Of a stretch of DNA of 64,000 bases, positions 49,086-61,126 are shown in pieces. This DNA is from Paraphysomonas bandaiensis (taxonomy: Eukaryota; Protista; Chrysophyceae), in assembly GCA_965644295.1 (NCBI GenBank), contig CBFFRP010000296.1:62001-126000 (forward strand), written 5' to 3'. Below the pieces are notes generated by a model that saw nothing but the letters and a program-made list of their open reading frames with translations, was not told the DNA's origin and did no database searches. The first letter of the stretch is position 1; the number at the start of each line of letters is the position of its first letter. The position numbers and the translations under genes are program-made.

Positions 49086-49673
49086 ATGTCTGATATAGAC
49101 TCCCTTGATGGACTTGTGGATGACATCGATATCGATGCCATTGACTCTGGAAAGCCCTCTGATTTAGACGATATATTGGATGATTGTGCAGAACAGTTTC
49201 TTTCGACTGAGTCATCCCTAAAGTTTGAGAAAGGTGATAGTGTAGACGATTCTGCCTGTGTTAGACTGGATGATCACTTAGAAGAGAAAGCTATACAAGA
49301 ACTAAAGTGCGCCATGGAAAATGTTCCCCATGCCTTAAAAAATAAGTGGATGGGCATTCTTTCCAGCAATATCGATACTGAGGAGCAGTTTAAGTTTGTC
49401 CCAAGCTATGCTTACATGGGCTGGGATAAGGAGTATCCACAATTTTCTGTCGAAAAGAATCTAAAAGATATTGTATTACGGGCCAGTGTGAAGTCAGGAC
49501 TCTCTGATTCTCAATCTAGCGCTGTGGAAGCTGCCATTCGTACCGAAAATTCAGTTACGCAGAGATATATATCCAAAATATTAGATGACAAAAAAGATAC
49601 TGTCAGAAATGATTGCAATTTTGATTCGTGTGCATTTTCTTGTTTATCTAATGCTGTCACCAGCACCAGTTAG
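49086..49673 (+). CDS. Hypothetical acidic protein, 195 aa
   Basis: Clean ATG-TAG ORF with a good start context (accATG) and a DLDDILDD acidic N-terminus. No domain recognised. Confidence 0.7.
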   Translation: MSDIDSLDGLVDDIDIDAIDSGKPSDLDDILDDCAEQFLSTESSLKFEKGDSVDDSACVRLDDHLEEKAIQELKCAMENVPHALKNKWMGILSSNIDTEEQFKFVPSYAYMGWDKEYPQFSVEKNLKDIVLRASVKSGLSDSQSSAVEAAIRTENSVTQRYISKILDDKKDTVRNDCNFDSCAFSCLSNAVTSTS

Positions 49674-50203
49674 TGTATTGTTCTGTATTTTTTTGATACA
49701 CATCGAATCCGCAGTGTTATTTAATAATTAAAATGCAAACTTTGCTAAGGTTATTGTTCACGTGATCGAATGTGAGAATAAATTATATGGATGCCTCGAA
49801 TGTGCACAAGGTACTTACTTACACCGAAACTAATGCACTGTCATTTATCGTGGTAACATTGTGGTTCTTATTTTATAATTTATATAGAAATTCTAGTTAT
49901 AGGTAGAAGTCTATCTAACTCGTCTAGTACTCTTATGACTACTTATCTGGTGATGGTTGGTGACGCCTATTGCTAATAACAAGACTTTCATATATATAGA
50001 AAATTCCATTGTAATAGCCGAACTGCTAATTCTAAAACAGTGATTCCAAGCAAGCATTTTTTTATATATATTGCATAACTTTAATAGAAATACTTGTTTA
50101 TTCTTTATATATTACCCTTGCGTATGTACTGCTGTAATGATTGCGAGTATTTATGAATAGATAGCGTTCCATCAATAGTACTGATGGAGTTTCTAAACCG
50201 GCC

Positions 50204-50560
50204 CTACAATACTATTAACTGATTAAACGTTTCCTCATACTCATCCTCTGAGCCATCATCATCACCATATTCATCCCATATTAATTGAAATATGCTTGCA
50301 TCCGGCCACAACTGTCGGTTAGCTTTCAGAAACAACACCATATTAAGTGTAGTAGGATGCATACGTTTGCGCAACACTGATATAATCAGTTTTGCTGCGC
50401 TGAACAGGCGTTCACATGTATTGGAAGTACATACAATATGACTCGTGCACCTGTACTTAGATATTTCAACTTTCCGTTTCGTAAATTTTTGAGCTGATTG
50501 AAGAACTTTCTCCACATATCCAACTTCAGCTTCATCATCCTCTGTATTGCTGCAATAATC
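50204..50560 (-). mobile_element. hAT transposase C-terminal remnant (second hAT family)
   Basis: KYRCTSHIVCTSNTCERLFSAAKLIISVLRKRMHPTTLNMVLFLKANRQLWP. Confidence 0.85.
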
Positions 50561-51888
50561 ACTGTCTGAAGGGAGATTTATATACATGGACTTATATTGT
50601 TTACCCTACAATGAAGAATCCTTCTGTATATTGTGAGCTACTTTAACAGAAACAATATTGATGGAATATTTCACCAGTCCACCAATCAATATATTTTACA
50701 ATATATTGCAATACAATATATTGTTCCCTATCCCTGCTCTATAATAAAACCATTCAAGTTAAATAACCTACACCATCTTGTAAGTTGCAATCAGGTGCCA
50801 GAAATCTACGAATAGAAATGTATAGCGTCTACTCAAAGGTTGGTCTAGAAACAAATAATAATAATAATAATACCAGGCCGTCGGAGTCCCAGGACATATT
50901 GATACACTCATACACTCTAATGCATCATGCTCACCACATAGTTAAGTCATTATGCTATATCTGTATTAGATGAAACGTGTAGGCTTTTAAAAAGTAATGC
51001 ACACATCAGGCCCCATCAAAGTATATTGCCAGCGTAGTGCCAATTATCTGTGTATTAGAGATCCCATTAATACAAGAAAGTACTAAGGACATATACTGGA
51101 TACTGATAAGTACCATGTGTACTACATGAACGGGATATACAAATGCATTCAGAAAACAATCTACAACATTATTGAGCACTACACGATTCAAACCACGTAT
51201 CTTGGATGGGGAGGATGCAATGGCTGATTCAGCCACTTTTATATTTGCAAACAAGCAAGCCAAGTTGCTCTTTGTGTCTTCCATGATGATCAACAATGTA
51301 CTGGTGTACGGTGTACTGGTATACAGTCCATTGGCATACTAGAATACGGGATTTTTAAATGTGAAGAACATTATTTTCGTTCTTTTTAGTTCCACAGGCT
51401 GAAATTTTTACATATTTTTCACCAACTTTCCCCACAGTAGCACTTTGGGTAGTACAGTGGTACGATAGTATCTATAGGTAACATGGCAGCGTTTACTGTA
51501 TACAGGTGTACCGTTGGGTGGTGTGGACAGCATACTAGTACATAGTACAGTAGTGTGGTTATGGCTTCGTACGTCCTCTTCTCCCATCACTCTGCATCAA
51601 GATCAGATGTGATGTATACCATATACCTGTACGAGTACTCTGTGCCGATATATGAGAATACAGTGAACGGCATAACTACTCAGCGTATCACTAACTAACA
51701 ATAGCAATATTCGACTCAGAACATCGTATAGTAAGCATCTGACAACCAGACTACAAGTAGCGTCGAGTACAATGGCTTCTCGCTAATTCCTTATTCGTAT
51801 TCTGTGGACAGAAGTGTCTGTATCGTAGATTTAAAGGAGGTTGAGGGATTATTCCGGTGAGCGACTAATAATCGACTCAACGCATACG

Positions 51889-54800
51889 ATGCAAAGTCCA
51901 AACGGAAATTCAGGCAATCGCAGCGGCTTGTTGTCTGCCAGTAATCTACCTGTGGTGGGTAGCAATCGGCATTTGCACTCTAGAATGCGGAATAGCAGGA
52001 GCTCCATATCGAGCGATGCATCCGAGCTGTCCACTTCCTCCATATCAAGACTTGGTGCATTGGCAAGCAACTTTACATCTTCATTGGGTAATATTGGTCG
52101 AGGGCCATTTGATGTGAGTGCAGTAATCGTCTGTATAAGTTGACTAGATTGGTTATATTCATTTACAGGACTGGAATAGGTTCGAGATTGTAGAAGCACT
52201 CATACAAGATGGCCAGACACTACGAGATGAAAACTATCTAACAGTCAGCGTTCTGCGTTCCTTCGCCGAGAGGGTATTAAGGCAATTTGATTGTAGGAAT
52301 TCGTGAAACCTAATGCATATGTCAGGTATTCGGAGATCGGGACGATTTCCCGGAAAGACCTCAGGCGTACCCTCCCGACGTGGTTAACAAGCGCAATGCT
52401 GCGGCTATGATCATTCAAAATTCCTGGTTCTGCTTTGTTATTAAAAAAGCAGAAAGGTATTGCAAATCATTTGTATTATGAGTATTATATTTGAGATTGC
52501 TTGCTTTTTGCACTGCATTGTGAATAGGGAACGGCAGGCACTAATCGCTGAGGAGGAGCTTGCGAATCAGGAACATTCTCCCGGTAGACCTCGCCCTAAT
52601 CGTCCACGATCCGTACGGTTCACTCCGCCGGATACGGTGGACCCTTGTCAATATGTGGATGGCGTGAACCTACGTGAGCTGGGCGTCAATCAGGTGGATG
52701 ATGAGGACGACGACTACGATGATGACACTAGTGATGACGGTATGTTGCGTAATTACATTTTTTGGTGGTACGAATGTTGGGTAAATGGTGCATAGAATTT
52801 GAGTTTTAGTACCTACAGTAATACCTTTCCATATTGATTATAATGGTATGTAGAGGAGAAAACTGCGGCGACCAGGTCTGTACTGGAACAAGAGTGGGTG
52901 CCTCCTTCCTGGGACTATGCGAGGTGAGTCGGCTCCAAGCAATTGTCCTGAAGGTTATTTTTTACATTGGTGTGCTATACCTAGGATGTACGCAGACTAC
53001 AACCATCCGCGCAAGGGAGGCGTAGGTGGCAGTTTGATGCCCTGGCTGAGAACCACCACTGGGCGGCACTGTATGACGGGAAGTTGGGGTGAACAGGTGA
53101 GTGTATTTTATCCATGGTGTATGTGTATACAAGTCCTCCAGTAATTTATTTGCAATAATTTCTGATTTTGTGATTTATTTGTTCTCCTTTTAGTACCATG
53201 ATATATATATCCTTACAAGTTTGACATGATATCGCAGTGCGACATGTTCGAGGAGAAGCAAGTCTCGGAGCTTGGCAGATATGGACCAGGTATATTGATG
53301 TTTAGTCAATTGTACTGGTTCAAATTTAACTGGATCTAGGCATCACGAACTACTTCAAGTTTCTGAAATGGTGCTTTTGGATTTTTCTTGTGCTTGCATG
53401 CCTCTACATGCCAGTCTTGATACTTAACACATTCGGGCGATCTGTGGAGGAGGGTGCGCGACTGCACGATTTATCTCAAACCATGGTAAAGAAGTGCACT
53501 ACTATATGGAGGTACATTGATAATATGATGTGGGCAGGCTGGAAATCTTGGAGACACTAATTCAACAGAGAGCGTGCACTTCCCTGGGTGTAATGATAAT
53601 ATCAGGGGCCAAGAGTAAGTCTTCTTGAGAATTGTTTGTATCATAACCTCTTTTTGCAGCTGCGATTTTGATAAAAGCAGAGTTGCTCTTCTTTATGCCT
53701 ATATCGACTTTCTGGGAACAGTTGTGGGTAAGCTATGATATAGTTTTGTTACCGCTATCGCCATGTTGAACACTTATGTGTCGCAGTTATAATTGGGTTT
53801 CTTTGGCTGCGCGTATTTGAAGCCAAAGAGGAGATCGTGTTAGATAAGAATACAGTTAGTGCGGCCAGCTACACTGTAGCTGTGAAGGGGTTTTCGCAGG
53901 GTCTGAAATTTTCTGAAGCAGAACTGAAAAAACACTTCGCGGAGGTGTGTTCGTGTTGCTGCTATTTATGTGTGCTGTGATCGGTGTGGTATCGACTGGA
54001 CCAGGTTACTGGGCAAGCAGTCAGTGGTGTGTCAATTGCATATGACAATGAGAGAGAGATATATCTGTATCGCAAACGCGGAGAACTCATGAAGGAGCGA
54101 GTGAGATGCACACAGGAGTACAGATATCACCGTTCACTCCAGAAGAAGGGTAATCACATATCCCAGGAGTTTCTTTTGCATATTCTCTCCAAGAGAGTGA
54201 AGGCCACAGGTGGGCAGATTCTTTTTCAAAGCTGACTAATCGTATTTGCTGACTGGCAATGATTTAGCCGCTATGAGGGAGATTGACAACGAAACAGAAC
54301 GCCTTGCGCGTCGACAAGATGTACGTTTCATTTCTGTACTCAATAGACACATTTTTTTAAATCTCACGGGTGCTGTAATCAGAGGCCGATATATGCATTC
54401 GTGACATTTGAGCACGCAATCGGTATGCATTATGCATGTTTTGTCAATATGGCGTATTTATAGTTTGTGGTCCATAGGCTCCCGAGTAGCGATACGGGCT
54501 TATAATAATTCTATCTGGGGGTACTTGCGCATGAAGCCATCCCTCAAATTTAAAGGCTCTAGAATACGCGTACAATCAGCTGCCGAGCCCTCCACTATTA
54601 TTTGGGAGAACCTGAAGGTATCATTATATGTTATAATTCACGTTGAATTTATAACTGACTCGCTTCAGTATCGACGAATGGATAGAATGCAAAGGCGTTT
54701 ACTGACCACATCTATTACCGTCATCCTCTTGATCATATCAGCTTTTACCAACATCATTGCACGAGTTTTGGAACAGAGGTGAGGAAGTAAAACTTCTACT

Positions 54801-57800
54801 CGAATTTGAGTGAACTTTAATGATGGTAGTGCGACGGATACGGGGGGTAATCATGACTGTCCGGACTCGTTTTTTGACATGAGTGAAGAGGAGCAGCGAC
54901 AAGATGTGAAAGAAAATGATGACCTTTTACATTGCTATTGTGACCAGTTCACTCTATTAGAACAGAGAGAGGCGAGTGATCATGATATTCTCATCATCAT
55001 GAAGTGTTTTAATGTAGCAGTATTCAGGATTCAGAGTGTCGTGAGTATTTCACGGAAAACCTTATTGCGGATTTGTTTGTGTGAGTAAAGAATGATCTGA
55101 TTCTATTAATTTAATATTTACTCTCGTGTTATGTCTCTGTAAATAGGTATTTTGCCGCGCTGGTCGTGCTGATAACTAACAGTGGCATCGACATGTTCCT
55201 AAAAGCGAGTGCGAAGTATGAAAAGCACCATTCCGCAGATGCTATGGAAAAGAGCATATTTCTTCGTATGTTCCTCTTGAAACTAATTAACACCGGTGAG
55301 GATAAAGTAAAGGATGCATCCAGCACCTTTAACCTTGTCATACAGGTATTCTTTTTCTTTTTATGAGTAGTTTCTCCCGTGTGAATCTTCTCTTTGGACT
55401 CACATACGAGGATACGGGAGATTTCACTGCTACGTGGTATCAGACCGTCGGTGTGAGTATCTGTCTCGTGCAGATCGGTAATATTGTGTCGCCTCATCTT
55501 TGGAAGGTGGGTTGGCGTATGTTTTCCACACTCGTCGTTTGATATATCCTTTTTAGCTGTACAAGTATCGCGAAGGGATACTGAAAAGAAGGGCTGCCGC
55601 GAAGGACCCACTCAAGGGTGCTCTCACTCAGGTATGAATAAGGAGTACATGTGGTGTTCTTATATATATTTCAGGACGAGCTTAATCAATTGCACCTTGG
55701 ACCTGATTTCTTTGTTAGCCATCGATACGCACAAGTTGTGGCAGACCTTTTTGTGTGCTACATGTTCTGCGCCGGCATGCCGATTCTCACAATCATTGCC
55801 ATGGTAAGTTATTTTGCTTCCCAGTCCTGTGTAGTGGTAGCCTCACTTTAAGTTTGTGTAGTTGAATTTCTACGTGTCTTACTGGGTTGATAAATATCTC
55901 TTTCTGCGATATTACAGAAGGTAATTCACCGACTACGGTAATATCGTACTCAGCATGTGTAATGCGATTGTCAGCCCTCCTCGATACAAGGCGAATATTG
56001 GTAAAAATGCGACGGCAATTCTTCCATACGCAATAGCTGTTCACCTCTGTGTGTCCATATGGACACTGGGAAATCGGTATTAAATTCTGTTTTTCGTCAA
56101 CAGCTTAAACCTGTACGTTGCTAACAGGCGATTATTTGCAACATCAGACCAAGACACTGGTGGAGTTGATGTGTACGGGAGGTATATAAATTCATTTTCA
56201 GCGTCAGCTTCTTGATTTTTTGGTTCTCTTGTAGTGAGTATAACTCATATGATATCAGCGATAAAGTTGGCCAAAGACATACTTTCCCACTCTTCGTACT
56301 TCTTATTTTAGTCCTTTTTGGCATCATATTGGGCCAGCTCGCTGAGCAGATAATAAGCTATATGCATATAGTAATTTTCACATGTATGCTTGTTCACAGT
56401 GCTGTTTAACCCCGTATGTAGATTGCGAAATCTTGCTGTGGTTCCGTTCTGTTGAGATCAGAATTCTACAAGGAAATGGTTGGTCATTAGTTGTTTCCCG
56501 TCGTCGTAAACCCAACTTATTGTTGTCCATAGGAGCGCTTCTTATTCAATACAATTCATATATCATACTCAAGGGCTGTTCGACGAGGTATTATTAAAGG
56601 TAAGTAATGTTTTTTATTCTTGGCTCTACGGAGGAATGACCATATCCTATTTAGGTCTAGCGACCTACAATATTCTCCAGAATCCTAGGTACAAAGAAGC
56701 ATTTGCGATCACCGATGGGTTTGCCCTTGCCCATGGTAGAGTGAAAAGTCTCAGGAACTTTGGCGTATGTCTTATATTATCTTGCTCTTTATGATCTCAG
56801 TTTCTTTGGACAGCGCATTTCGTTTGAGGGTTTACAGGAGTTGGAGCAGCATGAGCGTGAAAGTGTCACATCATCCCTAGCCACGCCTGATACACTGAGC
56901 GTATGTATTTACATTATCTGTACTGCATTTGATCAGTCTATGTAGTTGGCAGGCCGCAGAAGTGGTAGCACTTCCAATGGCGCCGTGCAAATACCGAGGA
57001 GACCCAGGGCTACTTCCGCGGACACAGATACTGCCTCTGTTGCCTCAGACAATAGCGCTACAAGCAAAAAGAAAAAGAAGAAGACTAGTGCTGAACAGAG
57101 AACAGAAATCGTATTGTACGTACCAGGTTTTTTATGAGTAATGTAAAAGTATTATAGGAGAACTCTGGCCGAGGAGGAGGAGATGGGCTTAGTGCTTGGT
57201 GACGAAGATGCTCCTCTTTGTGGTGTAGATTACCCCGACGACATGTCTTTGTCGTCCGCCGTCTCCGAATCTTCTCGGCTAAGTAGAGGGTCCACACAAA
57301 GTGACAGGCATTCAAGTCAAGGAGGTAACGTCTGCATATGCAGTGAATATTTTACTGTACTAAATGCTCGGGTCGAAAATTAGCTTCTACCCGTGGTGGA
57401 AGACAATCAAATGCGCCAGCTTTAGAACCTCTTGGTACGTATTCTTTATATACGAATGTAATTAACTGGTTTATTTTCTGTGTTTCGTAGATGAAGCTAA
57501 GGAGTATGTCCCCAGGGAGGTTGTGGGTGTTCTAGTTTCAAGGTGAGGTCTTTACTTGTATCCTACGAGCAACGACTCATTGTGATGTGAATCAGGGGCG
57601 GAGATGGACTAGAAATGCGCACAACATTGCCGGAGCCCACGGATGCTGTGGTTGAAGAACGGTCACCGCTGATATCATCTCGGAAGCAGAACACCCAGGC
57701 ACAGGATGACTTTGACATAGATATCAGGGAGCGCCCAGTTAGTGCGTATGTAGATATGCGAGCATCCTACGGGGGCGTAATTGACCGAGAAATGAGGGGC

Positions 57801-57998
57801 CTTCCCGACGAAACAAATCCCATGAAAGAAGGGCGAACAAGAAGAGCCAAAGCGGCAACAATAACGAATCCGTACCAAGCTTTCGATCAACAGAAACATG
57901 TGGTTCACAGAAGACCCTCGCCTGAAGATAAACGCAACATTGAGCAATTTCAAATGGGACGCAGCTCTAAACGAGCTGCGGGGAAAACACAGTTATAA
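51889..57998 (+). CDS. OSCA/TMEM63-TMC-like multi-pass ion channel, many short introns
   Basis: Spliced motifs ELGRYGPGITNYFKFLKW, ASYTVAVKG, AFVTF, RVQSAAEPSTIIWENL, YEKHHS, GDFTATWYQTVG, TQDELNQLHLGPDF..RYAQ, GMPIL, WVDKYLFLRYY..PPRY and GLATYNILQNPRYKEAF. There is an IQ-like motif (AAAMIIQNSW) near the N-terminus. Confidence 0.88.
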
Positions 57999-58445
57999 GC
58001 TTGTGTTGATAAAAAACTGTAGTATATTAATCAAGCACATCATTTGTATTCCACTGATTGTCCGAGTTGTGTCATTAACAACAGTAGAATACGTGCTGCA
58101 ATTTCAGTGGTTTCACTATTGGAAAGGAATTTTTAGAAAGGACATTTTGCTGTTTTGTTTAAAATTAACAGGAGAAATTTTGAGCACAGTGTATTACTTT
58201 ACAAAATAGGTTAAATCAAATAACACAAAGAAAGCCAAGTACACACTTAACACTTAGTAGTTTCTTAATTGCGCGACAAGTTCAAATAAATACGCAAACT
58301 TCCAAAAAACCATGTAAATTTGCAGTAACCTAAAGAGAGAAGTTTATATCTCATATCCCTTAACTCTATCGATATGTGAATTTGCGCCAATGACCTCGGA
58401 AAATATTCAAGATCAACTAAATTGAAATAATGAAGTACGCAATAC

Positions 58446-60295
58446 TGTTGAATGTCTGATTATTAGCAATAAGCATCATGTAAACAATTTAACTATCTAG
58501 TGCTTAACTCTAATATATCCTACTATTTAACGCTACGAAAGCGGCTTGTGCGGTGCGCAAGCACCAAGATACAACCAGTTTCGCTCTATCACTCAAAGCA
58601 AAAGCATTGAGCAAACAGAATGTTGGTACACCTGACATCTGCTAACTTTAGGATTATTCAGTCCTCAGGTAAACAGCCCGGATGCTTGACTTCAGCAGGC
58701 AGCCTAATACCCCGGATCAGGGCCTGGTAACCATTAATGGCCCATTAATGGCCCATTAATGGTGGTCCAGTTCCCGGCTATTATAATAGATAGTTTATAC
58801 TTAAAGTAGATAGCACCACTCATATAATAGATAGTGTTGTACTCCCTTAATTACTAATTTTTAGTTAAATAGCAGACTACAAATTTTAACTACTTCTCGC
58901 TCTCTACTGGCACATCAGGATCTTCTTGCAGAGGGCTTCATGGAGGGTACGTATAAGCATCCCACAACATGTAATTGGCTCGTAGGAATAGCAACGATTC
59001 TAGACGATATGTATTCATGTTTCTACGCTCAGGTGTCATAATCAACTTTGCACGACTAAAGAGCCTCTCAACAACTCTAGATTGTGCTTCAATATGTATG
59101 AAGCAGGCAGCGGTAGTTGGACTCATAGGTACCATTCTCGTTGCAGTTAACCACTACTGTACTACTAGAGTCTAGAGTACGGTCACGATTCAAATACCTT
59201 CGAACTACAGCTTTACATATAATAGATAGTGTTGTACTCCCTTAATTACTAATTTTTAGTTAAATAGCAGACTACAAATTTTAACTACTTCTCGCTCTCT
59301 ACTGGCACATCAGGATCTTCTTGCAGAGGGCTTCATGGAGGGTATAATAAACATCCCACAACATGTAATTGGCTTGTAGGAATAGCAACGATTCTAGACG
59401 ATATGGATTCATGCTTCTGCGCTCAGATGTCATAATCAACTTTACACGACTAAAGAGAGCCTCTCAACAACATTAGATTGTGCTTCAATACATATGAAGC
59501 AAGCAGCGGTAGAGGTACCAATCGAGTTTTCTTGGTGACCTCGGCGCTGTCCAGAACACGCTGTGCAAAATCAGTTCCTTCACTTTCGTCCTCTTTATTT
59601 CTGTCGGGTACACCAACCTCCATGGATGAATCCAGTTGCAAATGTCTAACTGCTCTTCTCTCATTGCCTGTCAACTCTCTTTCATCGTTCCCTTGAATTT
59701 TATGCATATTTTCAATGATTATTTTAGAGTTTTTGGGCATATGAGTATTATACGCTATTGATATGGCTCGCTCAGGAAACTATTCTCTAAATCTACAGAG
59801 CATTGAGAGAAGATAGTGAACAAAGTTGGCACAAAGTATCTGTAGAGTTGTATGAACATTGTTGTCTAATATTGTTTAATTCGAAGTGTAGAGGAGATAC
59901 TATATTCTATATTATCTTAAAAACACTCAGTTCTATATATATTAGTACAGGTCATTAATGGGATACCATTAATGGCCCATTAATGGTAGTCCGGTTAACG
60001 ATTATAATGGCATTACCATTAATGGTTACCAGGACCTCCCCGGATGCCCTTGAGGTGGGCCCATTCCCGGATGTTAGTTTATTTTTCAATGCCCAAAGAC
60101 ATTATTATTACACAACACACAAGTGGCACTCTTTAGTGTCCCTTTTGTACCACACAAACATTTGACTATGAGTGGACAGAACAATATCTGATGACTATAT
60201 AATATGCAGCTCACTTAAAGTTCCCCGGAGAATTATACCCGGTAGTTATCCCCCAGAACACCACGAAAAAGTGCGAGTCCGACTTTGTTGAGGGG
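58446..60295 (-). mobile_element. SINE-like family R1, full-length copy interrupted by a hAT element
   Basis: R1 sequence is present at 58446-58717 and resumes at 60046-60295, ending in ..ACTTTGTTGAGGG. Confidence 0.8.
58718..60037 (-). mobile_element. Non-autonomous hAT element with TIRs and 8-bp TSD
   Basis: TIRs CAGGGCCTGGTAACCATTAATGG and CCATTAATGGTTACCAGGACCT. TSD CCCCGGAT at 58710-17 and 60038-45. Subterminal CCCATTAATGG repeats, and two tandem copies of the transposase C-terminus (VERLFSRAKL..ESLLFL). Confidence 0.92.
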
Positions 60296-60300
60296 TAATT

Positions 60301-60580
60301 CCCTCAATAAAGTCGGACTCACACCGTTTCGTGGTGTTCTGGGGGATAAGTACCGGAGAGATTCTCTCTCGGAAACTAACGAATAAACAGGCACCCGGTA
60401 ATGGGCCCACCTCAAGGGCATCCGGGACAGGGCCCATCTGAAGGGTAACCGGGGTATTGGGCTGCCTGCTGAAGTCAAGCATCCGGGATGTTCACATTAA
60501 GAACTCAGAGCGGAAGTGGTCGCACCTTGGTGCTTGCGGCGACGCACAAGCAGCTTCCGTAGCGTTAAATAGTAGGATAA
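60301..60580 (+). mobile_element. SINE-like family R1 copy, head-to-head with the preceding copy
   Basis: It starts CCCTCAATAAAGTCGGACTC and continues into the gggcccacctcaagggcatccggg core. Confidence 0.8.
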
Positions 60581-60749
60581 AAAAGTGTGTACTGATTAGT
60601 TACAGGTAGAGGTCTAACTACTTTGTCTAGAGCATTCACCTAGCTACTAAGTTGGTGCAGGTTTTTAACGCCTATTGCTAATAATAAGACTTTCAATATA
60701 TGAGGGAAGTACGCAATAATAAATATATTATATAGACATCTTTGGGTAT

Positions 60750-61037
60750 TGACGAATAAATTGGCATCCGGGAATTGGCCCACCTCAAGGGCATCCGGGG
60801 TATTAGGCTGCCTGCTGGAGTCAAGCATCCGGACTGTTCACCTAAGGGCTCAAAAATCCTAAAGTTAGCAGATGTCAGGTATGCCAACATTCTGTTTGCT
60901 CACAGTGATAGAGCGAAAGTGGTTGCGCCTTGGTGCTTGCGGTGCACAGCTGTCATAGCGTCAAATAGTAGGATATTATAGTTAAGCATTATTGACTCTT
61001 AAACGCCCATTGCTAATAGTAAGACATTCACTACTAA
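60750..61037 (+). mobile_element. SINE-like family R1, 5'-truncated copy
   Basis: Core ggcccacctcaagggcatccggggtattaggctgcctgc through the 3' end gacattcactact. Confidence 0.8.
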
Positions 61038-61126
61038 TAAATATATATCATTCATGTAATGGAACTGGCTCAACAACAGCCACATTTTGAATTAATTAGA
61101 AAGAAAAGTTGCCCTCAGAAGAGGAA

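Noticed and set aside
49086-49200. Pex19-like acidic N-terminus (DLDDILDD)
   Set aside because: There is no CaaX end or other recognisable Pex19 features.
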